Of a stretch of 64,000 bases of DNA, positions 9,329 through 19,297 are shown piece by piece. The notes under the pieces are model-generated. The model was not told where the DNA came from. It searched no databases and worked only from the letters and a program-made list of their open reading frames with translations. This DNA is from Candidatus Aminicenantales bacterium (GTDB taxonomy: Bacteria; Acidobacteriota; Aminicenantia; Aminicenantales; UBA4085). Where the stretch lies: positions 330,599 to 394,598 of the forward strand of contig JBEKTZ010000001.1 of NCBI GenBank assembly GCA_049515535.1, in the 5' to 3' direction. Both the position numbers and the translations under genes were made by a program. Numbering within the stretch: position 1 is the first letter of the stretch; each line of letters opens with the position of its first letter.

Positions 9329-12112
9329 CTAGTGGGCCGAAAATCCGTATTTTTGTTCTCGTTTTTTAAAGGCCGCTTCCCCACCTTCCAATACGTTATA
9401 AATCAAACTTTTAATTATTGGGTTTTCGATTGATCCCTGACAACAATTCGTACCATCTTTTTCTACATCAAGTACCGTGACCAATTCAGAATCGCCCAGT
9501 ACAACAATATTCGCGTTATGCGTACAAATAATTATTTGACGATTCGATTTATTTAATTGAAGTATTTCTATTACTCGTCCTGTAATAAACTTTGAATCTA
9601 AATGTTCTTCGGGTTGATCAATAACTATGGGATAATCTCCCGATTGCATTATCATTTCGATCACGGTCCCGCATCGCTCGCCAAATGACATGCTATCTTT
9701 GCCTAATACCTTACCTTTGTATTTGATTAAATTTATCGTCCTTTCCGCAAATTCTTCCAACCTCATAATTAAATCGTCTCTTAATATACGTGTTTCATCT
9801 CTCTGAAAAAACCACCTCAAATTTTCTTCTTTTCCCATACTTCGGATAACTGGCGGGAGTCTCTTCTCTTTTAAATATTCGATAATTTTAATTAAAGCAT
9901 ATTTTTTTGTCTCAACCAGCTCTGTTATTATTTCACCAATATAATTTTCTCTCGCTGGCGAAGAAACATTATAGTATTTCTTGATAACGTTTTTTGTGTC
10001 GGCATCGCTTGCCATAAACTGATCTTTTACCCATTCTGCCAATATATTCGTAGCGTCGCACCATTCTATTTTTATGTCGGTTTTAGCATATTCCTTATTG
10101 AATTCTTTATTTATTTTTTCATTCTCTTTTATCCACTCATCATAGGCTTCTTTCAATTGAGTATTTAAAGTGGCGCGTTTTATTACGATCAAATCATATT
10201 CATTTATTTTTGCTTCAATACTACGCAACTGCTCATTTACGAAATTAAGTCTCTTAGTTTTCTTTTCGTATTCAGCTTGATTGATATTAATACCGCACTT
10301 CTCGCTATATCTAATAAATTCTTCCTTAAGATCTTTCTCTTCCTTTAATAGACTTGCATATTCTTTTGAATTCGTTATTTTATCTATGATTTTTTTGCAT
10401 TTTGTTATAGTGCTTGTCAGTCCTAATTTATTATAGGAATAATATTTATCTATTTCGCCAGCTAGTTCTTGCTCTTTGAATATGTTTAGTATCTTTTGTT
10501 TTTCCGGTAATACAGTCGCACCTATTTGCGAAGACGCATCCTCCAATATCTCTATTAGCTTACTAATATTTTCGGCTAATGATTTAACTAATTGGATATT
10601 CTCTCTATTCTTTCTAATTCGTTTAACGATACCTTTATATTCATCGCTTTTTAGCTTATCGAAATATTCCTCGATTTGTTTTTTCTCTGTTATATATTTC
10701 TTCTTCTCTATTTCGATATCTATTCGAGTTAAATAATTGCAGCGCAACTGCTTAAGCTCGTCCTTTATCTTGTCAATCGTATGCGCTAATCCGTTTAGGT
10801 AACTGGATTCCAGCTTGCCTCTAATATATTCGTCGAGATGTTCCTTCTTATCTGCAATTTGTTCGATCGTTCCTTGAGCCCAATATTCGATTTTTAATGG
10901 CGCATTATAAAATGGATCTTGGTACTCGCTTATTTTTCGTTCGACATATTGAGGCTCATTTTCTCCATTTTGATATTTAATTTCGATACTTAATTTCGGG
11001 AATCTTTTTGCTAAATATTGAATTAAAGGTAGCTTCTCGTTCTTCCTCGACTCTTTCTGATTATGGTCAAATATATAACTTAACATTTCAACTAAGACGG
11101 TTTTTCCCGATCCTCTTGGGCCAATAATATTAGTTAGGTTGGAGCTGAATAAAACTTCATCGGTCATATTAATGGGAGGAAATTCATCTTTATCTTTTTG
11201 GCCTTCATATTCCTTCCACCCTTTTAGCTTTATTGATAATATTCGAGAGAATAAATAGGTTATTGGCTTTTCTTGGAGAGCGACCCTTAATTTCGGTTCA
11301 TAAGTTATTTGCCTTAATCCTTCAAAAGTCGGATCAGCTTTAATCCATGAATACTTTTTGCCGATATCCGCTAACGCGTGGCTGTCAGATCCTATTATGG
11401 ATGGTTTTCCGAATTCCTTGATATAAAATTCTCTTTCGTCTAAATTCGCGTCGTTCCAGTTCGACAATTCACATACATCAATATATTTCTTCATCAATGA
11501 TCTTTTCGTATGTCCTAGAGTATTAAGTAGTTCACATTTATCTTCTGAATGTGCATGCTTCATCTCAGTTTCTATACCACTACTCTTCAGGCCAGCGTGA
11601 ACTATCGTTATTCCTCCTAATTCTTTTATCTGGCTTGTCGCTTTTTCAAAATCTACTACTATTTCTAAACGACCCCTTGATATACATTCTTCGTCGCTTG
11701 ATTTTTCCCCTAACACGGCTTTGCCAGCGCTCCTTATATCCGTATCACTACAATCGATCTTAGATAAAAGGTTCTGTTTTAAATACGCGGAATCAATCTT
11801 ATTTCCATTTTTGTCCTTATCTGGAAATATCCCAACTAGATGTACGGATTTATCTCCTTTATCAGTCCGCAACTCTATTCCTGAAAGAAAATATATCTCC
11901 TTCTTTTCTTTTCTTTTTATTTCTGTCTTTTTTAAACATTCATCAATATTATCAACATTACAATGATCAGTAATCGCAAATACTGAAATATTTTTTTCTA
12001 TTAATTTTTCGATAATACTATCGATTGATCCTGCATCCGAATGAATATGTAGATCCCATTTACGCCATATGGAACCATTCACAAAAGATTTATTAGATTC
12101 CATGAGCACCAC
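9329..12112 (-). CDS. PHP-domain + ABC-ATPase fusion (TrlF/Ppl-type anti-phage protein)
   Basis: WRKWDLHIHS, ITDH, SDSH, WIKADPTFEGL PHP motifs; GPRGSGKT Walker A; SFGE signature; IDQPEEHLD; THNAN. Confidence 0.88.
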   Translation of the reverse strand: MVLMESNKSFVNGSIWRKWDLHIHSDAGSIDSIIEKLIEKNISVFAITDHCNVDNIDECLKKTEIKRKEKKEIYFLSGIELRTDKGDKSVHLVGIFPDKDKNGNKIDSAYLKQNLLSKIDCSDTDIRSAGKAVLGEKSSDEECISRGRLEIVVDFEKATSQIKELGGITIVHAGLKSSGIETEMKHAHSEDKCELLNTLGHTKRSLMKKYIDVCELSNWNDANLDEREFYIKEFGKPSIIGSDSHALADIGKKYSWIKADPTFEGLRQITYEPKLRVALQEKPITYLFSRILSIKLKGWKEYEGQKDKDEFPPINMTDEVLFSSNLTNIIGPRGSGKTVLVEMLSYIFDHNQKESRKNEKLPLIQYLAKRFPKLSIEIKYQNGENEPQYVERKISEYQDPFYNAPLKIEYWAQGTIEQIADKKEHLDEYIRGKLESSYLNGLAHTIDKIKDELKQLRCNYLTRIDIEIEKKKYITEKKQIEEYFDKLKSDEYKGIVKRIRKNRENIQLVKSLAENISKLIEILEDASSQIGATVLPEKQKILNIFKEQELAGEIDKYYSYNKLGLTSTITKCKKIIDKITNSKEYASLLKEEKDLKEEFIRYSEKCGININQAEYEKKTKRLNFVNEQLRSIEAKINEYDLIVIKRATLNTQLKEAYDEWIKENEKINKEFNKEYAKTDIKIEWCDATNILAEWVKDQFMASDADTKNVIKKYYNVSSPARENYIGEIITELVETKKYALIKIIEYLKEKRLPPVIRSMGKEENLRWFFQRDETRILRDDLIMRLEEFAERTINLIKYKGKVLGKDSMSFGERCGTVIEMIMQSGDYPIVIDQPEEHLDSKFITGRVIEILQLNKSNRQIIICTHNANIVVLGDSELVTVLDVEKDGTNCCQGSIENPIIKSLIYNVLEGGEAAFKKREQKYGFSAH

Positions 12113-12177
12113 CCTAAAGTTAATGCTTATATTATTAAAATGTTAACATAATAAAAATATTATGTAAAATATGTAAA

Positions 12178-12201
12178 AAGGAAGCAGACTTCTGCTTCCT
12201 T
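12178..12201 (-). terminator. Intrinsic terminator hairpin
   Basis: AAGGAAGCAGA-CT-TCTGCTTCCTT perfect inverted repeat with T-run on the minus strand, just after the nuclease stop. Confidence 0.6.
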
Positions 12202-12220
12202 GTTTTGTTTGAAAAAAGAG

Positions 12221-12988
12221 CTAATTCCCCTTCCACGCCTTGCAGAGTTCAGCGTACTCGCAGTCCTTGCACATAAAACTGGTTCTCGGAAAAAAGATGC
12301 GTTGCTGGATTCCTTTGAGAATCTGTCCGGCCAGGAAGTAGAATCGTTGGTAGTCGTCCTTATCGCGCTTTGTCTCAATCGTGATCAGCTTGGGCTTCTT
12401 GGATTTAACGAAATCGATAATCTTCAATGACTTTGGCTGCTTGTGGCTGATTCTTTCAAAGGCGTAGCTGTAGATGGTCAGTTGGAGATGGTTTTCGACT
12501 TCCTGAGCATCCATGGTCTGGGCCGAAGTTTTGAATTCCGTGATAGTGTCGTCCTCCTCGATCAAATCGATCACGCCTTCAAGCTCGATTGCGAGGCCAT
12601 GACCGTTCTCCGGATTGATGAGCGGGACGGAAAACGGAACCTCAGTACCCTTGACTTTCTTTTTCGGAAGCTCGAAATACTGAGCCAGCATCTCTTTTCC
12701 CAAGACGACGAGCTTCATCTCTTCTTCCCCTTCTTTGAAGTGAATCTCGTTTTCCGTCTTCAGGCTGTACCAGTCAGCGTCGAAAATCTTATGCAGCCGG
12801 TCAATTGTCACTCCGTTTCCGTTCATCAGTTGTTTGTGATACCAGGAAAGCGCGGAATGGACAGCACTCCCGAAAGCCAATCCTGAAGATTTGAAGCGTC
12901 TCGGGATCTCGTCAATGTACTGGAATTTGTACTTCAGACCGCAGAGCAGATAAAGATTGATCTGAGAGCTAGAAAGGTACGGAGTCAT
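12221..12988 (-). CDS. PD-(D/E)XK nuclease, RecB/AddB/Cas4-like with Fe-S cysteine cluster
   Basis: LSSSQI..Y..C, G..VH..L, GVIDLI, EFKT, QL..Y, CKDCEY..LC; likely start MTPYLS at 12988. Confidence 0.85.
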   Translation of the reverse strand: MTPYLSSSQINLYLLCGLKYKFQYIDEIPRRFKSSGLAFGSAVHSALSWYHKQLMNGNGVTIDRLHKIFDADWYSLKTENEIHFKEGEEEMKLVVLGKEMLAQYFELPKKKVKGTEVPFSVPLINPENGHGLAIELEGVIDLIEEDDTITEFKTSAQTMDAQEVENHLQLTIYSYAFERISHKQPKSLKIIDFVKSKKPKLITIETKRDKDDYQRFYFLAGQILKGIQQRIFFPRTSFMCKDCEYAELCKAWKGN

Positions 12989-13343
12989 GGCTTTCGCCTT
13001 TGGCCTCATCGAGAAGCCGTTCGATCATTTTCGAGGCTTCAAGCTTCGTGACCTCTTTCAGAGAATCGACCTGGAAAAGCTCCTTGAGCTTGGCATATCC
13101 CTTGTCGTTCTCGTAGCCTTTCTCGGCCATGATTCTGAAAAGATACCGCTTCTGGGCGTCCGTCATCGGAGGATTCTCGTTTGACTGGCCGCTGTTCTGG
13201 GGCTTAGCCTTACCCGCGTCCGGTTTCGGGCTTTCATTCGCCTTGGGATTATCCTCTACGGCTATCTCTTCGTAGAGATAGAGAACGAGGATAACTTTCC
13301 CGTCTGCAGTTCCGAGTTCCATCCGTCTTGCCTTGTCTTTCAT
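12969..13343 (-). CDS. Small protein with helical domain like the C-terminus of phage annealing proteins; ends DSVPF
   Basis: AAGGAG RBS; PMTDAQKRYL...VTKLEASKMIERL motif. Confidence 0.7.
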   Translation of the reverse strand: MKDKARRMELGTADGKVILVLYLYEEIAVEDNPKANESPKPDAGKAKPQNSGQSNENPPMTDAQKRYLFRIMAEKGYENDKGYAKLKELFQVDSLKEVTKLEASKMIERLLDEAKGESHDSVPF

Positions 13344-13483
13344 TTTTCCTTACTCCTTTGAAATTTAAAGATCTATTTTCAGCTTAGCGCACAGACAGAG
13401 ACAAACAAGACGGGCAAAAATGCCGATAAAGCATATTATTCCTGTCTTTTATTGGATTTATTGGGGACTTATGATGAAGACGT

Positions 13484-14803
13484 ATGGAGAATTCTCAGAA
13501 AAATAATCGCATCACTCCCTTTGCCATAACCGATTACCGCGACATCAGAAAGCTGTTCGGAATCAAAGAAAAAAACCGGCGTGGCCATATGTACATTATC
13601 GGCAAGACCGGAACCGGAAAATCAACCTTAATCGAGAATATGGCGATCTCGGATATCAAGAACGGTTATGGCGTTGCCTTGATCGACCCTCACGGCGACA
13701 TGGTTGAAGAAATTCTGGATTACGTTCCCAAGAAAAGAATCAAGGATGTCATCTATTTCAATCCGGCAGACTTGGATAATCCGATAGCGTTCAATCCTCT
13801 GGAAAAAGTGCCGAAAGATTTTCATCATCTGATCGCTTCGGGAATTATCTCGACTTTTAAAAAGATTTGGTCGGAATCCTGGGGACCGAGATTGGAGCAT
13901 ATTCTCAGGCACGCGCTCCTTTCACTTCTTGAATATCCGAACAGCACGCTTCTCGACTTGCCGAAGCTCCTGACGGATAAAGATTTTAGAAAAAACGTCA
14001 TTAACTATATTACCCATCCCCAGGTCAGGGAATTCTGGTTCTCGGAATTCGATAAATATTCTGTCTGGCTCAAGTCAGAAGCGATTTCTCCGATTCTCAA
14101 CAAGATCGGCCAATTCTTAATCAGCATCCCGCTTAGAAACATTGTCGGCCAGAAAGAAAACACCTTTAATGTCAGGCAAGCGATGGATGAGGGCAAGATT
14201 CTCATTGTCAACTTAGCTAAAGGAAAAATCGGAGAAGACAATTGCTCTCTGCTCGGCGCGTTGATTGTTACTAAGATTCAACTAGCCGCCCTGAGCCGTA
14301 CGGATCAGCCTGAAGAGCAAAGAAAGCCGTTCTATTTCTATGTGGACGAAATTTATAGCTTCATTACTCTCTCTTTCGCGGATATCTTGTCTGAAGCTCG
14401 CAAGTACGGATTAAATCTCATTCTCGCCCATCAATATATCGAACAGTTGGATGAAAGAATCCGAGCCGCAATTTTCGGCAATGTCGGGACAATCATTTCT
14501 TTCAGGGTCGGCGCTGAGGACGCGAAGTACTTAGCCCAGGAATTCGCGCCAGTATTCAATGAAGAAGATTTAATCAAGCTCCCGAATTTCCATATCTACC
14601 TCAAGCTCATGATCGACGGAGTAACATCGCAGCCGTTCAGCGCTATTACCTTGCCGCTTAGAGAAATAAATACATCGCATAAAGAAGAAATAATTGACTT
14701 TTCGCGGAAGCGATATACGAAGCCGAGAGACGAAGTGGAAAAAGATATTTTGTACCGGCCGTCTCGCTTCCCTGATTCTTATGGTCAACAACTATCTTTC
14801 TAA
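13484..14803 (+). CDS. VirD4/TraD-like coupling ATPase (HerA/FtsK superfamily), no TM anchor
   Basis: HMYIIGKTGTGKS, IDPHGD, YVDE, LSEARKYGL.LILAHQ, AIFGNVGT motifs. Confidence 0.88.
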   Translation: MENSQKNNRITPFAITDYRDIRKLFGIKEKNRRGHMYIIGKTGTGKSTLIENMAISDIKNGYGVALIDPHGDMVEEILDYVPKKRIKDVIYFNPADLDNPIAFNPLEKVPKDFHHLIASGIISTFKKIWSESWGPRLEHILRHALLSLLEYPNSTLLDLPKLLTDKDFRKNVINYITHPQVREFWFSEFDKYSVWLKSEAISPILNKIGQFLISIPLRNIVGQKENTFNVRQAMDEGKILIVNLAKGKIGEDNCSLLGALIVTKIQLAALSRTDQPEEQRKPFYFYVDEIYSFITLSFADILSEARKYGLNLILAHQYIEQLDERIRAAIFGNVGTIISFRVGAEDAKYLAQEFAPVFNEEDLIKLPNFHIYLKLMIDGVTSQPFSAITLPLREINTSHKEEIIDFSRKRYTKPRDEVEKDILYRPSRFPDSYGQQLSF

Positions 14804-15290
14804 AACAAAAACCTTTCTTCTTCCGAATGAACAAATTGTCTTTCAAGCCAATCCGCATTGGCTTTTCCTTCTCGTCTCCATTGGCCAGATATTTCTGTTT
14901 TTCTTTTTATACTATTTTTTCGCTTGTCCGTTTCTCGGATTTATGGCCCACGCCTTGGAACACTACTGTTATGTCACGGCTCTAATAATTCTGATCTTTT
15001 TAAGCCTTGTCTTTTATCTGGATTGGAAATTCAACCGTCTCTATTTGACGAATTACAGGCTCATCAGGGAAAGCGGCATTATCGGCAAGCGCTATATGTC
15101 CGTCCGGTTATCGAATATCGAAGACACGACTTGCACTTTCGGCATTTTGGGAAGAATCCTGGGCTATGGCGATTTAATAATTGAATCAGCAGGAACTTAT
15201 GGACAGATGATTTTCAAAGGAATTCCCAAGCCCAGAAAAATGAAAACTCTCATCGAAAGATGGAGGTTTTATTCGGACGTTAGGCGATAA
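14781..15290 (+). CDS. Membrane protein with bacterial PH domain (bPH_2)
   Basis: L.P.E......PHW, two TMs, LTNYRLI..SGI, GRILGYGDLIIESAG. Confidence 0.8.
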   Translation: MVNNYLSKTKTFLLPNEQIVFQANPHWLFLLVSIGQIFLFFFLYYFFACPFLGFMAHALEHYCYVTALIILIFLSLVFYLDWKFNRLYLTNYRLIRESGIIGKRYMSVRLSNIEDTTCTFGILGRILGYGDLIIESAGTYGQMIFKGIPKPRKMKTLIERWRFYSDVRR

Positions 15291-15361
15291 AGCACTTTAT
15301 AAGCTCTTTTTATTCACATATATCCTCTCTGCCAACACATTTCAAAATTTAGGAGAACTGC

Positions 15362-16345
15362 ATGAACCTTCAAACTATGATCGATGAATTGGAAACCCAA
15401 AAGCCCCTGAAATGGGACCGGAAACTGAACGCCGCACAGATCGCAATGGCTCTGGCTGAAAACACTCCCATTCTCAGGCTCCCAGGCGAAGAATTATTCT
15501 CCATCACCAAACCCTGCCACACCCAGATCGCGGAGAAACTCGAAATCCCGCTCAAGTACTACCACAAGATGGAGGAATCCGCGCCCGACCTGCTCGTCTC
15601 GAACGTCAACACCTGGCTCAGAAAAAACGAAAAGGACATTTTTATCAGAGGACTCGGGAATTCTGTCCGGGCGTTCCTCAGCGACCGCTACCGGGTGATC
15701 GACCATCTGGACGTTCTTCTCTGCGCTCTGAACGAGCTTCAAGCCCACGATGCCGAAATCGAGGACTGCTATCTTTCCGAGATCGAGATGAACATCAAGG
15801 TCAAAAGCCAAAAGCTCAAGGACTTTGTTAGGCACAAAGACGATCTGATCATGGGCGGGATCTTCATTACGAATTCCGAAACCGGCCACAAAGCCCTTCG
15901 GGTAGAACCTAGAATGTTCAGGGTCAAATGCTCAAACGGGATGATTGTCGAAGAACTGGTCACGCGGGAAATCCATATTGGGAACAGCGACGAGATTTCA
16001 GACGAGATCGTATATCTCTCCCTTCGGCGCTCAATCCGAGAGCTGTTCAGCAGATTCGGCGAAATCGTCCTGCTTCTCCGCGAATCCGCGGAAGCCAAGA
16101 TCAGAAATCCCCAGAAAGTGATTCAGAACGTGGTCGAGCAGTACAAACTCAGCGAAGCCCAGAAAGCGAACATCCTCATGGCCTTCGGCGCAGAGCCGGA
16201 ATACGACAAATACGGAATCGCCAATGCCCTGACCCTAGCGGCCCAAAAAGAGGAAACCTGGGAGAAGTCCGTGGAGATGGAGCGGATCGCCGGGAATCTC
16301 ATCACCCTGCCGGTCGAGGATTTCAAGGCTCTAGACGAGATGTAG
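15362..16345 (+). CDS. DUF932-family phage/plasmid protein
   Basis: RAFLSDRYR, NSETG, R.KCSNGMI motifs; AGGAG RBS. Confidence 0.8.
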   Translation: MNLQTMIDELETQKPLKWDRKLNAAQIAMALAENTPILRLPGEELFSITKPCHTQIAEKLEIPLKYYHKMEESAPDLLVSNVNTWLRKNEKDIFIRGLGNSVRAFLSDRYRVIDHLDVLLCALNELQAHDAEIEDCYLSEIEMNIKVKSQKLKDFVRHKDDLIMGGIFITNSETGHKALRVEPRMFRVKCSNGMIVEELVTREIHIGNSDEISDEIVYLSLRRSIRELFSRFGEIVLLLRESAEAKIRNPQKVIQNVVEQYKLSEAQKANILMAFGAEPEYDKYGIANALTLAAQKEETWEKSVEMERIAGNLITLPVEDFKALDEM

Positions 16346-16397
16346 ATTTGTTCTTTATTTCCTTATCAAGCCCGTGTTTTTAATAAATGGCGGAGAG

Positions 16398-16427
16398 GAA
16401 AAGGAGATGCACAAGCATCTCCTTTTC
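16398..16427. terminator. Bidirectional terminator-like hairpin between convergent genes
   Basis: GAAAAGGAGATGC-ACAA-GCATCTCCTTTTC perfect 13-bp stem. Confidence 0.65.
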
Positions 16428-16454
16428 AAAATATCTGATTATTTTCTTAGATCG

Positions 16455-16937
16455 TTATCTATACCAATTATAAGGGTCTATTGCTACATACCCACACTTT
16501 AAACATTTTGCAGAAAAGTCCCCAACTTGCGATCTTTTCAACGCATCTTCTCCAGGAAAATCAACATCCATTTCTGCGAACCTTTCCATGTTACAACGCC
16601 CTCTACATAGTATCTTTACAATTCTTCGTCTATTTGCGTTCCTTGCATAAATGGGTAACGTCCCTATAACTATTGAAATATTTTCTTCGGGCTTATTTAC
16701 AATCAAAGCTGCTGAATATTTATACTTTCCCTCATTGGAAAACCTCCTAATGGATGATTCTATTGAATCAGACTTTGAATCAGAAAAACACCTAACATTT
16801 CGTCCCGCCTGCTGTTGTTCAACCACTTTCTTGTTCCATTCGTGATCTTTGGTCATAGGGCCAAGTACGTTAAAAACATTGTTGTCATCATCGATAATTA
16901 TCAAATAAAAAGGAGCTTTGTTCCGCATCTTAGACAT
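16455..16937 (-). CDS. Hypothetical protein with C-terminal CxxxC...CxxC putative Zn site
   Basis: GGAGG RBS; CRGRC and CLKC motifs. Confidence 0.7.
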   Translation of the reverse strand: MSKMRNKAPFYLIIIDDDNNVFNVLGPMTKDHEWNKKVVEQQQAGRNVRCFSDSKSDSIESSIRRFSNEGKYKYSAALIVNKPEENISIVIGTLPIYARNANRRRIVKILCRGRCNMERFAEMDVDFPGEDALKRSQVGDFSAKCLKCGYVAIDPYNWYR

Positions 16938-17065
16938 TATTATTCCTCCATGCTGAGAATTTTTTCACTATGCATTCGTCTTATCAAGTGAGGCGCGTAT
17001 TCCGCTTCACGGCGGTCATTTCATGAAGCTGGGGGCCGGGAAGAAACCGGCCTCCGGCCGCCTCT

Positions 17066-18934
17066 CTATGTTTCTAGTCTGGTCTTAATAAACTTCTCTG
17101 TTTCCTTGTCAAGGAAACAGACATAGCAGCCTTTCATCCCCCTTGAAAGCAAAACCCGATACGTGTTCTTGGTTAATTGTAAAAAATGGTCTTTTGATCT
17201 TTTCACTACTGTATCGGCGGAATTCTCGGGTATTCCTTTCCATGATTGAGTTTCAAAGTCATATGTAAGATCATTCCCGATAATCACTCCCACGTAATCA
17301 AATTCGAATCCTTGCGCCGTGTAAATGCATCCAATTTGGTTTATCCCGTTTGGGTCATAAGCCCATAGATTTGAGACTGGAATTCCTTTTGCCAGCTTCT
17401 TAGATTCAGGCTTCGCGTTCCACGGTCGTTTATATCCTTCAATCTCGACATCGTCTTCTAGATTGCCGTCCGCGTCTGGCATGGACCAAGGCCAACAGAA
17501 CCCCGCTGTCATTCTAGCCGTAAATCCTTTTTGGGCTTTTTCCCGAATGGCGCTTTCTAAAGCTTCCGGCGTATTGAAGATTTTGAAATCGAATTCCTCT
17601 TTTAGATCCCAGAGAACGTTAGCTGTTCTTTTAATTCCCAACGTATTATTAATCCAATTAACAAAAGCATCTGATCCGCTGCAGCGGAATTGAATTTCCA
17701 ATTCATATTCAAATACCTTGCATTTATTGTTATTTGCCGCCTCTTTAATATATGCGACTGAACCAATTTCTCCTGGACGAACAATTTGGTCATCGTCGAT
17801 AAAAAAGACTGATACTTTCGAGGCTCTGATCAGTTCGTCTATCTGAGCCCCATCAATTTTCTTCTTCTTTGGCGTAAACCGATTATTGCTCGACGTTCTC
17901 AGTCTATGAGCCTCATCACAAATTAAGACATCAAGAGTATTTGGTTCGATGTCCGTATAGCTATTGAAATATTTGAACTGGACCGACCCCCGCGTTCCAA
18001 TTATCTTTCTTAGTGTCTGAGTAAACGCCCGCGAGCCCGTTGCATAATGCGCGTTATATCCCTTTAAAAGAAGATCCGCCATTAAATTTATGGCAATAAC
18101 CGATTTCCCGGTTCCCGGACCGCCTTTAATGATTAGCGTGGCCTTTTGTTTATCGTGAAACCCCTCCTTAGCGAAAGAAAATACCTTATCATAAACGACA
18201 AGCTGCTCGTCCAAGAGAGTATAGGAGGGTACGCCTTTGATAACGTTGCCAACATGATCCATCAGTTTTCTGCTCGGCCGATATTTGCTCTTCTCGATCC
18301 GCTTTAAGACATCAATCCCGTCGCCTTTTTGGAGTTTATCGGAAAGATAACTTTTTAATTTTTCAACATCATCGGCCGTAAACAAAGGATAATCAATCAA
18401 ACTTTTTTCGAATTTATTCGAGAAAATGATATCGGAGGAATAATAGTTATAATTATGAAGATAAGTGCAGGCAAAAAGACTTATGGGATTTTCTTCATAG
18501 AAAGCAGTATGAACGTCCTGCAAATATGTTTTATATCTCCCAACCTGGACCGAAGGATGGAGCACTTCTTTTAATTGCCCGCCAACCCAGGTGGTGACTT
18601 CGTTCTCCCCATCGGCATCCTTGCATTTTTCCCACTGTTTCAATTCAATAATTACCGCGTTATCGACTAACGAACTGTCTTTACCACAAATCAAGCAATC
18701 CAAACGAAGGGAACTCAAAGGTAGCTGATACTCCAGGATAACGCCGTGATCGATCAGATTAGCATATTGAAAGATAAGGCAGATCGCTTTTAAAGAATTT
18801 CGCCAGGAGTTTACTTCGCCCGGCGAGGGATTATATCGGAGATGATAAAAGAAGGCTTGTTTAAGCTTCTCCGCGATTTGGTTCTGGATCGTGTCTTGAA
18901 TGAATTGCTGTGAGGTTCCAGAGTAGAGTATCAC
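17066..18934 (-). CDS. DUF2075 family (Schlafen group-3-like SF1 helicase) with N-terminal PD-(D/E)XK-like nuclease domain
   Basis: RLD...IIELKQW, HPS.Q, GGPGTGKS, DEAHR, QFRC.G, GCIYTAQGFEFDY, YRVLLSRG. Confidence 0.88.
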   Translation of the reverse strand: MILYSGTSQQFIQDTIQNQIAEKLKQAFFYHLRYNPSPGEVNSWRNSLKAICLIFQYANLIDHGVILEYQLPLSSLRLDCLICGKDSSLVDNAVIIELKQWEKCKDADGENEVTTWVGGQLKEVLHPSVQVGRYKTYLQDVHTAFYEENPISLFACTYLHNYNYYSSDIIFSNKFEKSLIDYPLFTADDVEKLKSYLSDKLQKGDGIDVLKRIEKSKYRPSRKLMDHVGNVIKGVPSYTLLDEQLVVYDKVFSFAKEGFHDKQKATLIIKGGPGTGKSVIAINLMADLLLKGYNAHYATGSRAFTQTLRKIIGTRGSVQFKYFNSYTDIEPNTLDVLICDEAHRLRTSSNNRFTPKKKKIDGAQIDELIRASKVSVFFIDDDQIVRPGEIGSVAYIKEAANNNKCKVFEYELEIQFRCSGSDAFVNWINNTLGIKRTANVLWDLKEEFDFKIFNTPEALESAIREKAQKGFTARMTAGFCWPWSMPDADGNLEDDVEIEGYKRPWNAKPESKKLAKGIPVSNLWAYDPNGINQIGCIYTAQGFEFDYVGVIIGNDLTYDFETQSWKGIPENSADTVVKRSKDHFLQLTKNTYRVLLSRGMKGCYVCFLDKETEKFIKTRLET

Positions 18935-18938
18935 GGCT

Positions 18939-19289
18939 TCATAACTCCGTATATTTCTTGGCCGTTCCCTTGGCTTTGGCTACTGGATATTTTTCAGCAT
19001 TAATCGATATCTTTTTTTCCACTTCAGCCAACAGATCAATTTTCAGCACATCGCAAAGGTACAAGGTGAAAATGAAGATATCCGCCACTTCCTCTTTGAT
19101 CTTACCGATTTTTTTATCATCTAATTTCGAAGCTTGTTCAATATTGAGCCATAGGAATTTTTCTAAAAGCTCCCCCGCCTCTACCGAGATAGCCTCGGCG
19201 AGATTCTTCGGATCATGAAATTGAACCCAATCTCGTTCGTCTCGAAACTTCATTATCTTCTTTATTATTTCCTTCAGCAGTTCATCCAT
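18939..19289 (-). CDS. MazG-like nucleotide pyrophosphohydrolase (dCTP pyrophosphatase type)
   Basis: FRDERDW.QFH.PKNLA..ISVEAGELLE, EEVAD, N..KYP. Confidence 0.92.
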   Translation of the reverse strand: MDELLKEIIKKIMKFRDERDWVQFHDPKNLAEAISVEAGELLEKFLWLNIEQASKLDDKKIGKIKEEVADIFIFTLYLCDVLKIDLLAEVEKKISINAEKYPVAKAKGTAKKYTEL

Positions 19290-19297
19290 CTTCCCCC

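Noticed and set aside
12221..12988. Cas4-like nuclease as evidence of CRISPR-Cas
   Set aside because: No repeat-spacer array or other cas genes seen in the window
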